A stretch of DNA of 64,000 nucleotides from Podarcis tiliguerta (Eukaryota): assembly GCA_965153285.1 (NCBI GenBank), contig OZ229110.1; one strand, given 5' to 3'. The position numbers were made by a program, and so were the translations under genes. Under the pieces are notes generated by a model that was given only the letters and a program-made list of their open reading frames with translations, was not told the DNA's origin and did no database searches. Positions 1-13,976 of the stretch are shown here, one piece after another; position 1 is the first letter of the stretch, and each line of letters starts with the position of its first letter.

Positions 1-713
1 GTCCAATATGGCCCACTGGCCATGTATGGTGACTTGTCTTCATGTGTGTGTATTTGCCAGTAGCCTGGGACCATAAAAAAATAAGAGATTGCTCAAGTCC
101 CAGACAAACAATATGAGACACAAAATTTTGCAGAGACAGTCAGTAGCATCATCTCTCTGAACGCCAGGTGTGTCCAGTGCCTGTAAGCTCTGACTGGGCA
201 TGAGAAGGAACACATAAACAGATTGGTGCAGGACATGCTTCAGTCAGAGTCACCTGCAGGTAGATACCATACAGAACACATATAAAATGGGTTCCAATAT
301 TTTATCCGGCAGCCTCATCCCACATTACCCAGATTCCTAACACAAAGCAGCGCTTCCTTAAAATAACCAGCCAAAATCTCTTGTGCAGAACACTCCGCAC
401 TAAGCAACTTGGCTAACCATATTTAAATTTTGATCAAAGCGAGAACTTTGATGGGGGGAAATGAATTGCCATCGTATCTGCATAGCAGGAAGGAAGCTGT
501 CGCTGTAAAGAGCTCAGGTGGAAGCCTATTACAAATCTGATGAGTTAATGTGGGAAACAGGGAAGATGCCAGCTTCCTTGGGGCAATTGACGTGCAGCCA
601 TGTTAGAAGCGGAGATGCAATCTTGCCAAGGATGTAAGTGCGGCAATTCCTCTGTTTCCTGCTTCTTGCCCACACGGTAGAGAGGCAATGCAGTTCGCTA
701 GCCTTGTCCTTAC

Positions 714-973
714 CTTGAGCTTTAAAGAATTCAGTTTCTCCTCCCTGAGATGCTCTCTCAACATCTCTCGGTGAAGCCTCTCTTGCTCCATCGCAAATTC
801 CCCCAGTGTGTACTGCCGCACACTGTTGTGACGTGTGGACATGCCCAGGGTGCTTCCTCCTTGGCTGGGGACGCTCGTGAACCCTTGCCTCCTTGTGAAG
901 TAGTACACCGTAACACAGTTAAAATGAACATTCTTCGTCCTCTTCCGCTTCTCTCTTTTCAGAATCGATGATG
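714..973 (-). CDS. CSRNP3: CSRNP3 (cysteine/serine-rich nuclear protein 3) internal coding exon, 260 nt, phase 1 to phase 0
   Basis: Translates (P)SSILKREKRKRTKNVHFNCVTVYYFTRRQGFTSVPSQGGSTLGMSTRHNSVRQYTLGEFAMEQERLHREMLREHLREEKLNSLKLK, which I recognise as the CSRNP N-terminal domain of CSRNP3. Acceptor tttgcag ends at 974 and donor gtaagg starts at 713 (minus strand). The phase matches the exon at 15511-15658. Confidence 0.96.
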
Positions 974-2289
974 CTGCAAAGAAAGAAGGTGACCAGCTTG
1001 GAATAAAAACCATTCTCACCATTTCACAAATTCTCAACAGTGGGGTTCCCCAGGCCAGCTGGTGCTGAGCACCTCTGCCTGGGGGAATCAGGGATAAGGA
1101 AGGAGTGCTGGTGGTGGGAGCTGGCATGAGTACAAGTTGCGTGTGCCTCCACACACACACAACCGATTTCCCATGTGGGGAGAGGGAGTTATTCCAATTC
1201 TCGGCCTTCCTCGCTCTGTGCAGTTAATTGGGTGGAGAAGCTGGCCTGTTGCCAGTTTCCTTCTCTCTCCCTCCCCTATCAGCATACATGCTTAATTCGG
1301 CATTCAACTTATTTTCATTCATTTTCATTATTGTTATTAGCATATAGTGCTACTGCCACATTTAGTCAATTCATTAGTTTTGTTAACGGATCAAAAACAT
1401 TCTGAAAGGCTAACAAACTACCCCTTCCCCCCAATCAACGGGGAAGTAGATTTATAGCCATCTTAAGTTATTTTTAGCAATCCTTAATACAAAACTGACA
1501 TTTTCAAAAAGGCTTTCATTCCGTGTGAAAACAGGAACTGCCTGTTCAAAGACAATACCTCATGTGACATGTTGAATTCACACATCACAACAAAAGAATA
1601 TCGGGGGGGTTGGTTGGTTTTGGTTTGTTTTTGAACTGCTTTCTCATGTCCCTATTTAGGCAGGATTAATGGATTACTCAGCTAAAACTCTTAGGACTCC
1701 TTGGTCATTTAATCAGGTGGTAGTCAATGTTGCTGTTAAAAGTTTTGCTGCAATGCAGTTCCATCAATGTTCATTGCACTTTCCAGAGCAACTTTAATTT
1801 GTTTCCAATCTCAACTTCCGATCTTAACTGTGGAACAATGCGAAGGCAACAAAGGTGTTGCAAAAGAGATTCAAAGGTGTTCCAGTAAAAACAGGCACTG
1901 CTTCTCCTACGAGACAAACCTAACTGCTTATTTTTATATAAAGCAGAATAGAGGCCTAGAACCTCCAACTATATAGCCAGCCATCTCAGAGGTAACAACA
2001 ACATGGAGGTTCTTCTTCCCATACTGTCTCTAGGAACCAGGACAGGCAGGCTTAAATACCTTGGGAGTGGACCTTAGGAAAGCCTATTTCCTCCTGGGGG
2101 CACCTGCTCTCCAAGCCTGTCTGCCATTGACCAATTTAACAGGAGCCAGATTCCCAAGCTGGCAAAGGGAGCCAGAGTTTGCCCACCGGAAGTGAAAACC
2201 CCATCAGTCCTGGTTCCCGTCAGGTCCCAGTGGAAGGAGGCATCACCAACCTGCTGCACCCATTAGGGCAAGTGGACTTACTTATTTTT

Positions 2290-2835
2290 ACACATCTGTA
2301 TGTTGCATTTCCATTAAAAATATAACAAGACAGAATACAACAGATAAAAGCAAAATCAACAAAGATATCCATAAAACATAAGAATCTAGACAGTCCTTAA
2401 GGTACTTTGGCCCCAAGTTGTTTAAGACATGTATTAACAGAAGTCCCTTGAACATGGCAGCTCTCTTAGTGGTGGGGTAACATATTGCCAGTAATCTGGT
2501 CCTGTGAGCAGTCTGCACAACTGTGGACCAGATAAAAGGCTAATCCCACATAAAGCACATTACAGCTATCAAGCCTTCAGGCAGTGCCAATGTTTGGGCC
2601 ACTGTGGTCAGGTTGTCACCGTTCAGGAAAGGTTGCAGCTGGCAAACCACCTGAACCTGGTAAAAGTCACTCCAGACCACAGAGGTCAACTGGACTCTCA
2701 TGACAAAGATGGTTCAAGGAATACCCCCAAAATGAACACCTGCTCCTCCTTCAAAGAGAGTGCCATCCCATCCAGAACAGGCAGCTTATCTATCTCATGG
2801 ACATGGAAACATCCAACCCACAAGGCCTCCCTCTT
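2290..2835 (-). mobile_element. Degenerate L2-type LINE fragment
   Basis: Similar to 48390-48730 (ttcaaagagagtgccatcccatccagaacaggc); the minus translation includes VLNNLGPKYLKDCL. Confidence 0.5.
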
Positions 2836-2838
2836 TAT

Positions 2839-3185
2839 AAAGGTAAAGGTAAAGGAACCTCTCACAATTAGGTCCAGTCGTGGCCGACTCTGGGGTTGCG
2901 GCGCTCATCTCACTTTATTGGCTGAGGGAGCCGGCGTACAGCTTCTGGGTCATGTGGCCAGCATGACTAAGCCGCTTCTGGCAAACCAGAGCAGTGCACG
3001 GAAACGCCGTTTACCTTCCCGCCGGAGCAGTACCTATTTATCTACTTGCACTTTGACGTGCTTTCGAACTGCTAGGTTGGCAGGAGCAGGGACCGAAAAA
3101 CGGAGCTCACCCCGTTGCGGGGATTCGAACCGCTGACCTTCTGATCGGCAAGTCCTAGGCTCTGTGGTTTAACCCACAGCGTCCC
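2839..3185 (-). mobile_element. Sauria SINE
   Basis: (aaaggt)n tail on the + strand and body gaccattaggtccagtcg...ggccagcatgactaagccgcttctgg...ggtttaacccacagc-type sequence shared with five other copies. Confidence 0.88.
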
Positions 3186-3557
3186 TATCTTTATTCAGGT
3201 ACCCAACATAAAACAAACAAACACAGGGCTTGCTTAAACCTCAAGTAACTTGGATTGGCTAATTAAGGTTTAAGCAAAGGAAACATGGTTACCTGCCTAG
3301 TGAGTATCTTGCCCCATGTTTTCACAAACCGATTACTCTCTCATGGCATATCTTGTGCATGAGAAATTAATGCCAGAGGCCTGCCACACAGTGATGCTAT
3401 TTAAGTAGCACGAATGCACGATGTGTGTTTGTCTTGTTTCATTCATTCCTTCATCTCTCCCATGTGCTGCACAAAAAGGTAGACTTGTCGTCATGCAGCT
3501 GTTACATCAGAAATAAATCAACCTGTCAGGAGCATAGTTTTCCTACACTCATCACAC

Positions 3558-3735
3558 AGGCTGTGTAAACACCAGACCTTTTAAAGGGCATTCAAAGCAC
3601 ACACCCATACCCCAAGAATTCTGGGAACTGCAGTTTGTTAAGGGTGCGAGGAGTTGCAGGTTTGTGGAGGACAAATGACAGTTCCCAGGATTCTTGGATG
3701 TGTGCTTTGAATGTGTTTTAAAGGTCTGGTATTTA
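3558..3735. repeat. Palindromic MITE-like repeat (related copies at about 30535-30710 and 33745-33885)
   Basis: Inverted arms accagacctttta...ccaagaattctgggaactg and cagttcccaggattcttgg...taaaggtctggt. Confidence 0.6.
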
Positions 3736-4639
3736 TCCCTTTCTCGTGTATTCGAACATACTTTCTAGGCAATGCATACTGATTTTGAAAAGAGCGCCTT
3801 AAATAAAACAAAACAGCTCCTTAAATGCGTTATCCCTGCTGTGCAGCTGGTCCAGACAGAGATACCTCATGCTGAAATTCTGAATGCTTTTGTTTCCCCA
3901 CAAAGAAGCAGGCCGTTGTTAGCCTGCAGTGTAGAATATTAACCGCGCACACGCACTAGCTGCTTGACTCCTGAAGATATGACAGGAGCCTGCCTGATTT
4001 ACTGGGAGACGGCAGGAGGAGACTGGGGGGGAAACTAGATGATGAGTTATGGCTGTGCAATTTAGGTGCGACAGTTGCACAGGTATGATGGGAGAACAGT
4101 AATGGTCAGAAGGGAGGAACTGAGATGGTCATAAAAGATGCTGACAGCCTTTGTAACATGAGGCCATATATTTAACAGCAATAAGGCACAACAGGACGTG
4201 TGAGCTGGTTAAAAACTCTTCTGTCTCAGGCAATTAGAGCCATTTGGCCTTCAGGCCCTTCTTGCTGCCACACATCCACAGGGAGCAATAGCAGGTTTTT
4301 TTAATCTTAGGCGATAGATGGGTTTCAACCCATCATGTTATTGGGGCAGGGGTGAGGTGGGACCTGTGACCAGTCAGTGAGTAAAAGAAAAAAGAAAATC
4401 ACAATATTTGTCTCAAACTGTGTTCAGGGAAGGAACTCTGTGGTTCTTTAAAAGATCATCAGGGACACCTGAGTGAAAAGGTCAATAATGATGGATTTGT
4501 GTCCCTGAAGTTGTGAGGCCCAATGGTCTTAGCCAGTTTCCAGTGCAGTTAGCGTGTGCACCTCTGAGCATGCTGCAGAATTCTCTGCAAGGCTTAAAGC
4601 AGGGGTTGGCGATTATGATGTTGCTGATATTTGTCACCA

Positions 4640-4975
4640 TCCACCTGTCTTGGGAGACAATGGAAGAGTGCACCCTTGGGGGTGAATTCTAACGACTGGA
4701 GAGTTACAGCGCCTGCTGTGGCCGTAAAGACCGACATGGGAGACACATGTTTTGCTGCAGCTGGGGCAGAAGAAGACATCAGGTTGTGCTGATACACCTG
4801 TGCCCTGGCATTTCTTCTCTCTGAGCTACTCCCAGTGGTCATTCCTCCTCTGGTCACTGCTGTGGATATACAACCTGATTGTCTCCAGGCGCTGCAGTCG
4901 TCTGCAAGGGATTCCCACATGGCAAGTTTAATGTTGCCAGCCTTCAAGACTTGCTTGCGGACATCTTTGTTGGTC
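4640..4975 (-). mobile_element. RTE-clade LINE 3' fragment
   Basis: The minus-strand translation KDVRKQVLKAGNIKLAMWESLADDCSAWRQ resembles the C-terminal WExLAxDRxxWR motif of RTE ORFs. Confidence 0.65.
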
Positions 4976-7900
4976 TGCCAATGGGCCTGGTGCCTGTAGT
5001 TTGCTGGACTACAGTTCCCATTATCCCTGACTATTGGCCATGCTGGCTGGGGCTGATGGGAGTTGGAGCTCAACAGCAGCAAGATAAATGGCTACAGATT
5101 CCTTGCTACCGGCTTTAAGGTTCCATGAGAGACAAGTCAGCATGGAAGAGGTTCCCTTCTATCATGCTCTCAACAGATGCTTCCATTCATCTTTGGTGCT
5201 TCCTGTTCCTCACTGAGAGTCCCTTCATTTGTGGCTCTTCAGTGACCCCATCTATACCAAGGCCATTGCAAAACCTAGCCAAAACCCGGTAACAAAATGA
5301 GCCAGGTATGAAATAATCAATGTAACTTTCTCTTGTGAACGGGAAACTGCCCAACACAATGACAACATGAGGTGGAATATTATCTCTAGATACGATTAGT
5401 GTAGGCAAACACTGGCCGCCTTCTTTATTACCTTTTAGACCTCTAGCATTGCTAAAGCCCAGGACCTCTGGAAACGGAAACACAATACCTTTCTACCAAA
5501 AACACAATCTTTTTCCTATAGGAAGCAATTATAGATCTGTTTCATTTATACCTCCAGGTGGCCTGTTTTATTAGCTTCATAAATAACTGAGTACACTATC
5601 ACAGAGGGCCTATATTACTTTACAGCCATTATTTCATTGCTTTTAGTTTTTAATTGCAACCTGGAACATTATTAATACACATTTGCTCCCATTCAGCAAG
5701 GGACAGCCATGTGAGGAAGCAGGCATCATCTGAAGGCACAGCTGAGGTGCATCCTTATTGCTACATGTGGCACATCAACAGCCCAGAAGAAAAACAGGAT
5801 CAACCCAAGTCACGAAAGCTTCCTGCCTGATTGCATGGAAAGCCTGTTTGCCACAGGCGAGTGACCAGGGACAAAACTGTCTTACCAGAATATGGCAATT
5901 TGTTTGGATAAGAGCTGAAATTGGCACAGAATGTGTTCCTTGTTAAGTATGAAGCTCCAGATTTTATCTCCAAATAAAGCATCTCCTGATTTTATATCCT
6001 GCTCTTGCACAAGGTTCTCTGTGGTCTCCTGTCCAGACTGCTGAGTGGTTTCACACACGATTAGCTCCAGTAAGGCGACAGCATCTGGTGTTTCCAGCCC
6101 ATCAACTAGGCTCTATCCTGTGTCAATTCTGAGTGAGATACCTCTCTGAGACTTAGAGATCCAATGTGACCTTTAGTTGGTCTTCATATGAGGAAACTCC
6201 TTACGCATAATCTTGCTTAAGCAAATTCTACCAAGCTTTCCAAAAATAGATCACGGAATTCCACTGGCGGGTGGAGGTGGGGGGGGGGTCTCAGCTCAGT
6301 TAAAAATAAACCGATGCTGTGAATGGAAAGCATGTTTGCCTTGTTTGCAAAAAAGAAAATGGGGGGGGGCGAGAAAAAGTAGCATAAATGACATGTCAAG
6401 TCTTTTAATCTTTTTCAAGCACCATTTCTACTGTAAAAAGAAGTTACTCAGTTACTAAACATAAATAAATTGAGCTTTCGCTGGCTGGAATCCAAAGTGT
6501 AAGCACTTTCCTCAGCAGTCTCAGCTATTCTCCTCCTGTCAAAGGCACATTAAAATAAATGTGAGCCATATGGCTCCGCAACAGAGTACCCGCAGGTTTA
6601 CAACCAGCAGGGCAATGCAATTCGTTTACTGCCATCAGAGAAATATTTTAGGGAGAGGGGAAGTCTCAAGGCAAGAGCGTGTAGCACAGAGCAGCCCATT
6701 TCTTTTCCCTTTTGTTTTTTAAAGCAACGTGGCAGACGACAAGGCTATTCTTAAAGCCACTAACCCATTTTCCTGCTTTCTGATATATTCTCAGTGCTGT
6801 GCTGGAACATTCTAATAAAAAGGATTAACCCCATTCTACACCCACTCCCTGGATTTCCCACATAGTATTCATCAAGTCTTAACAAGATAGGACTGTCAAG
6901 TGTAATTCATCATCGCGGTAATCCAGGTCAAAACATCACTTTTCCAAAAGGCCCACTTTTAACAGCCATCCTAGAAAGCAAAGCCAGACGAAAGGCTCAC
7001 GGACGCTAATGGACTTTAACGTCATGCACTAAACAAAATGAAATCTAAAGAAACAAAGCAGATGCCGCCTTAATGTGCACTCCAAAAATAGCGTTGTTCT
7101 TTCTTGCAGACAAAGAGATGCCTTCTGTTGAGTCACAGGACTAGTCCATCTAGCCCAGTTTTGGTCTGTTCTGACTGGCCACTGCTCTCCAAGATTGCAG
7201 GCAGGAGGTTCTCTCCCAGCCCTGCTATCCAAGCTCCATTAACTTGAGATTGCAAGGGACTGAATTTAGGATTTTGTATGTGCAAGTCATGTGCACTGCT
7301 GCTGAGATATATGTGGCTCCAATGCATCAAGCCTTTAATTTGGATCCATGCAAAACTAAACGTGGACCAAACTGCAACCACAGCCTATTCAGGAAAGGAG
7401 ACACCCTTGTCTTACATGAGCACTGGCCTCTTAACCAACCATAGGATACCATCTGCTGGACCACTGTCTAGTCTAGCTGAATGGAACATAAGCACAGATG
7501 ACTTTATTTGGCTTAGTGTTACATCTAAACCCAGGGGTGTGATTTGTTTCCCCCATACAAACCACTGAGCAGTAAGCCCAAAACAAACCATGGTTATAGC
7601 TCATGGTTTGTTTGGAGATAAACAAACCATGAACCTGGGTTGAGATGTGATGCTAAAACAAACCATGGCTTGGCTCCTGTCAAAGCAATTGTAAATACTG
7701 GAACCAGAACCAGAAGCTAGTCCCATTGACTTCAGTGAGACTTAGTCCAAATCAGGTTACAATACTATGCACACAGAACACTAAGATATGCAGCCCAAAA
7801 GGGCAGTTTTTAATCCTACACTTCAACTAACATTTATTGCGTCAAGAGCTTTCTAGTCTAAATCTTAGTCAACCACACAGCCACAACATTTCTGCCATAG

Positions 7901-10900
7901 CTTTAATTCCAATTTATACATAAGTTGGGAGGTTTTCTGAGTTGATTCTGCTGAATGCTGCTGTGAGCCCTGGGAGGAGCTCAAGTTGTAATGTGACTAA
8001 GCAAAATACACGAAGCATTTTTGCCATTGCCACCACTGAACGCTGATGGTGGAGGAACAAGATAGGCTGAAGTTTCTAGGCCTGCAACTTGTAGGGCTTT
8101 GTGGGGGTGGACCTCCTTCTCCTCCCTCAGGCAATATCCACTCTATCCTATGGCCCCTGATATACCCTTCCAGGGACCACAGTATTTGATTTTATTGGCA
8201 TTTTACTGTTCTTCTCTGCTTAAGTTTTGATATATTTGATTGTTCTTGCTGATGCTTGTTCTGCAGACTAGTTTTTACTGTTTGTAAGCTTCTGAATATT
8301 GTTTAATATAAAAGGGGTCTATAATCTATTTACATAAATAATTAGGCATTCATCAATTTTATAAATATTTTTTAAAAAACAACAATTTAAGCTGTAGTCC
8401 TATACCCATTTACTTCACGGCAAGTTTAATTGAACTCAACGGGACTTCTGAGTCACAGTGCATAGGACTCGTCTAAGTAATTTGCTTTCTGTGTAACATT
8501 TTCCTTTTTGTCCAGCTTTGTGTGGGGAAGCCTGCAGATTTTCTTACCAGTGTCTCTAATCATTACCCTAAAGGGATGCTGAATAAATAAACCTAGCAGT
8601 GCATTCAGTAAGATTTTCAAGTCGCACTTGGACTATGTTCAAAGCTACTCTTAGTAGCTATTTAAATATAGTTGTAGCACAGCTCACCTTGGCCTCAAAC
8701 CCTGAATCCATTCTCCAAAGCAGTCTGCTTTTTTATAGTTTATGTTTTACGTTTTGTATTTAAGCCAACAGTGTCTTCTTAGAGCACTCTGCGAGGAAAC
8801 AACACCTGATCAGCCTTCACTCACCAGTATCAATCCTTCAGGATATCCTTCACTCGCAATTGCACCTCTCCATTTTTCTCATTATCCTCTTTTATTTCCA
8901 TTCCCTCCTTCATTTTCTTCAGTCTGTTCCACGTTTTTTTTGTCTCCCCCTCCTAAATATGTGGTGGTTTCTGAGATGGTTTACACAGCACATCTAAATT
9001 CCCATGCCCCTTAGGCCCTCATGATGTCTGAAACCAAAAGACACTCCCGCCAACTCTTTCTACAACTCTGAACAATAGCCATAGTGACAGCTTCTTCAAA
9101 CTAAAGGCAAGGGCAGCAGGACCAAATAGTGGGACTTGTGAGCAATGCAGAAAAATATTTGTGCTCTGTCTACACAGTAAAAGCCCAAGTGTGATGGAAT
9201 GCTCAGCGTTCCATAGGTAGTCCTCACCTTCTGGAGACTCTCCAGAGTGACAGCCCATGAGCCAATGTGCACATGTGGAAGTATTTTGCATATGCACACA
9301 AGGTCCTGGGGTCCCAATCAATATACTGAAAGGCCTAGACAGAGCATTCTGTTTCTAGTGTCAAGTCCTGGTTTGCTGTGGAACAGGTGTGAAGGGAACA
9401 AGATTGTAAACCTTCAAAAGTGCGACCAAACTTCTCGCAATGCATGGACTAGTTCACACACAACGTGCCACATCGTTTGATTTTTCTGCAGTTGATGAGT
9501 ATCTTTTTATTGACCGGCAGAGCTAAATGTGTCAACTGACTCCACTGAAAAGGACTGCATGTGATTTAAGGGATATGACAATCCTATGTCCATAGCCTAG
9601 GGATGCTTGAGAAAAGCAGTATTTGCAAATTCTGACACGAACTGATCTGCAACTCCCAGTCTAACATTCAGCTCTCGGAACTTAGGCTGTAATCCTAACT
9701 CTACCTGCCTGACTTGAATAGGATTTGCTTCTGAGTAAGTAAGGTTAGGATTGGGCTGTTAGGCTACCCACCAGCTTTCACACTTCCCAAATATACTGAT
9801 GCAGTTCTTAGCTCCAAAAAAGGTCACAAAATAGCTTTTTAAAATGTGTGCTCCGAGAGAAAATATATTCAGAAATGCATACTTTCAGAGAAAATGCATT
9901 TAAAATACAGGGCAACCTTAGAGGAAAACCCACTGAAATCAATGGGCATAACTAACTTAAATGATTTGATTTCAATACGCATACCCTGAGTTTGACCTTG
10001 TTGGATACAGAGCACATACTTTAATATGTATTTAGATGTGGATTTCCCCACCCCCTAAAGGACCGCATGATTAATGCAAAACAAAATGGAATTACGGGTG
10101 AATGCGTACAAAAATGACACGGGACGGAAGCAGACTGGTTCGCCTGTCCTTTCCACAGTGTTGTCACAAGTCATCACTAGATACTGTAGCCCCAGAACAA
10201 TGAACACCTATGTGAGAATCAGGCTCTAGTCCCAACATCTGTTTCATGATGTCACTTCTTTCACTGGCCTATATTCCTTACCCCCATAAAGGATGGGCAC
10301 CCATAATAATTTCCACTCTCCACAAACCTAACTGAACCATTCCAGGTATGCCCCTGACACCTTCACAGAAAAGCTACCCTAGCCAACTTAAGTATGACAG
10401 ACAGCACAACTGCCTGACTGAAGTGTGATCAGGCCATTTTATTTTATTCCCCGCCCCCCGCCCCGGAATGACAAAGACACTACACAGAGGCCCCGGGAGA
10501 ATAGCCTATTATTCCATTAGGCAGATGGACGAGGTCAGAAGTCAAAAATACATTTCAGTGTGCCTTGTTATAGAAGGATTTACTTTGCTGTTTATATAGG
10601 CTGCGGTTTGCTTTTGTTGGTAAGTCTACCATTCATTAATTTGAGGGCTTTGATACCACAGCTGTACATGTTTTTTTGTTTTTGTTTTTTAAAAGAAGTC
10701 ACCGGCATTGGTTGGAGTCGTGTTTAAAAAATAAGGGACTAGGTCAGGGAGTCCAAGCACTCCTGTTCACTTATGCAAGCTGCATTTCACTCTCCCAAGT
10801 TCAGGGCGCAGGATGCTTTGAAATGCAATCGTCACATGCACTCACATCGCTTCAGCGCCTGAGGTTTGTAACTGCTTCCCAGGAGGGAAAATATCTCTCC

Positions 10901-13601
10901 ACTGTCTGGTTTAATAACCAGATGAGACTCCTATTCAAGGCTCTTTCTGAAGCAGCAACAGCTTTGCTTCAATGCTAGGCAGGCTGCTGGCTCTGCGCCA
11001 ACTCCTTTTCTCAACCTCATCACCAAGGTTATTTCCTGACAGAGCCACAAGCCATGGACTACATTAGGAAGAGCGGATTTATTGTTTTCATTATTATTAT
11101 CATTGCTTTTTTTTCTGTACAGCAACTTTGAAACCTGGAACATGTTGTCTGAAGCAAATCATATACTATAGCAGACTAAAGGACAAAACACCAAGCTGTG
11201 CACCCTTATAGCTTATTCAACAGAAAGAGACATGTGTAGTAATGAAAACTGGTAATTTCATTTCTTAATTTGTTTTGCCTATAGCTGACAAACAGTGTTA
11301 TTAGCTACTATTACATTCGGAAACTGACCCAAACCAATTTGACTTAGCGTCTCCTTGTTTTTAAGACACCCCACAGTTCTGAAAGAGCCATAGGACAAAA
11401 GCATGTCCCTTTATTCCAAATGTCTCTGCTCTGAGCAGTCTGGAATTTATACTGTTCTGTTCCATGTGGAATACTTGTATGTGTTTTTATAACTGTGATG
11501 GGCTTGCTACACACACTCTCTCTCTCTCTTTATTGCCAGGACCTTATGGTGAAGGATGGGCAAAAGATTCTATAAATAAATAACCAAATAAATGGGCTAG
11601 GGGGGGAACTATGCTAGTTTATCTTTGCAAATGATACAAGTTGTTGAAGACAGGGTTGTCTTCTAGTTGAAAAATTATGATTTGTTGTTCTTCCTGGTTA
11701 ATTTACACCAAAATTTGATTATATTTAGGAAAACACTTTCTGGCTGTGCAGCAATTGTTTCCTAAGCAATGACATTTTCTCAGGAGGTATTGTGACTCAG
11801 CCTCTACCTTTTAGGCAGAATTTGATCCAGGGGTTCTAACTGGAGAAGGCCTTTCCTTTTCTATTTCCCCCTTCCCACCCCCATGTGCCCCTCAAAGTAT
11901 TTTTACCCATCTCCTGTCATTTCTACCATTCTCCTTTCACACTCATCTTGTACCTTATCCCACCACCTCTCAAACTGCCCGTTTCTTTCATCCCTCCCTC
12001 CCCAACTGCACCTACCCCTGAACCCTGGTCCTTTTACATTAATTTCTTCCTCCTCTAACAGCTTATATCTCGTATCCCTTCCTTTCTGTACCCAAGCAAG
12101 TGAAGAGGCACTGAAGGAGGCTGTACCAATGAGGCCCACCTAAAAGTGGCCCAAGGCCCTACTCTTTGAGAAACATTACTCTAGATCAATGCTCTTCAAC
12201 TTGGGTCCACAAATGTTGTTAGACTACAACCCCAATCAGCTCAAATCATTGACTAAACAGGTTGTGGAAGATATGAACTGACTCTAGATTATTTGCAGTC
12301 ATTGCAACGAAACCTGTGCTTGACTGTGGGCCCCAAGCGTAAGAATATTCTCCCTCCCGCCCCCTCAAATGTGTGTGCTATAAAACATCAATTTTACTCT
12401 CCAACCATCAAAACTAACCACTTTAAAGTGAGCCTTTTTTCTACTCTCAGGCAAATCCTCATCTTTACAAAATATCAGCATAATCATAAGCAAACTCTTG
12501 CCTAGAGTAGGCATGCTATTTCTGCACCCAGCAGCTGTCAATACCACAAACTAAACTGTTTGCAACATTTAGTTTCCATCTTCAGCTATAAGGAAAGAGT
12601 AATTTGTTTCACAGAGCACTCTTTAAAAAAAAGTGAATATAGTACTTTTCTCAAAGCAACTGGAAAACACAGCTGCTGTGAAGAGCGACGTTATTGAAGA
12701 CATAGACCACAATATTGCCTTCCATTGCATTGTTCTGAATTCTACTAGCATACACTGCAGTGCCAGAAATGGTCTAATGATTTGTTCATGTTATCTGCCA
12801 CTGCACTAATAGACAGTGCTTAGTATCTATGAATCTTCAAGCTGACCTAGAATGCCCATACCAGATACTTAAGCACTGCTGGCTGCACATATAGTCGCCA
12901 GCCCTGCCATGTGCAGTGCACTGTCATAATACAAAGATGATTAGCAGTATTTTATTTAGCAGTTTATATCCCACATTTCAATAAAATGCAAATGCAAAAC
13001 TCAGTAAAATCTACCAGGTTAAAAAAAAAAATCACCTTACTCAGATGCCCAGTCAAAGATTCTTCCACATCTCAATGTCTCTCTAAGGGAGTGTACACAT
13101 TGCATAATAATGTGCAGTCAGCATTGGATGCAGACGCCTTTTGGATGTGCTATACACACAGCATCATCCCCATGTAGTCCTTGTACCACACTATTTTGTC
13201 AATCAAAAGCGCATTGTGCTAGAACAGTTTTAACCCATTTTGTGCAGAGAATGCCCTTCTCAAGCGCTTGCTGAATACATGCGTACACAGAGAATGCGTC
13301 CTCAGGTCACTTCCTATTAGGCAGGCCAACTGACATTATAGGGCTGTACCACTAAAATCCGCCTCCATATACCAATATGTATCATTTGCATATCAGTATA
13401 TCAACACACCAGTTTCCAGCCTCTCTCTTTGGAAAGTTTGTGAAAAAATATGTTTTTAAAAAAAGTTTATGGAAACACCAATTGAGGGGAGGGGAAAAGA
13501 GAACCCTGTTGCACATTAGTATGGAAATGCACCCACCAGTGTGTATAGACAACACTGACAGTAGCTGCTGCTTTAGATGATGCTACAATGTGAAGGTGTG
13601 T

Positions 13602-13976
13602 AAAGGTAAAAGGTAAAGGACCCCTGGACAGTTAAGTCCAGTCAAAGGGGACTATGGGGTTGCAGCGCTCATCTGGCTTTCACACCGAGGGAGCCAGCGT
13701 TCATCCACAGACAGCTTTCCGAGTCATGTGGCCAGCATGACTAAACCGCTCCTGGTGCAACGGGACACTGTGACAGAACCAGAGCACATGGAAATGCCAT
13801 TTATCTTCCCGCCACAGCAGTACCTATTTATCTACTTGCACTGGTGTGCTTTCAAACTGCTAGGTTGGCAGGAGCTGGGACAGAGCAACGGGAGCCCACA
13901 CCGTCATGGGGATTCGAACCGCCGACCTTCTGATTGTCAAGCCCAAGAGGCTCAGTGGTTTAGACCACAGTGCCCT
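13602..13976 (-). mobile_element. Sauria SINE (different subfamily, cagttaagtccagtc type)
   Basis: Same tail and body as the other copies, with a longer internal segment. Confidence 0.85.

Noticed and set aside
530-590. Hammerhead-like CTGATGA...GAAA followed by a hairpin
   Set aside because: There is no G-C closed stem II, no NUH cleavage triplet after the hairpin and no stem I.
603-1160. 185-aa ORF as a standalone gene
   Set aside because: Only 714-973 is CSRNP3 coding sequence; the flanks are intron read-through beyond canonical splice sites.
2504-3136. 210-aa ORF
   Set aside because: It spans an antisense L2 fragment and a Sauria SINE; the KVKVK and ASMTKPLLANQS peptides recur in other SINE copies.
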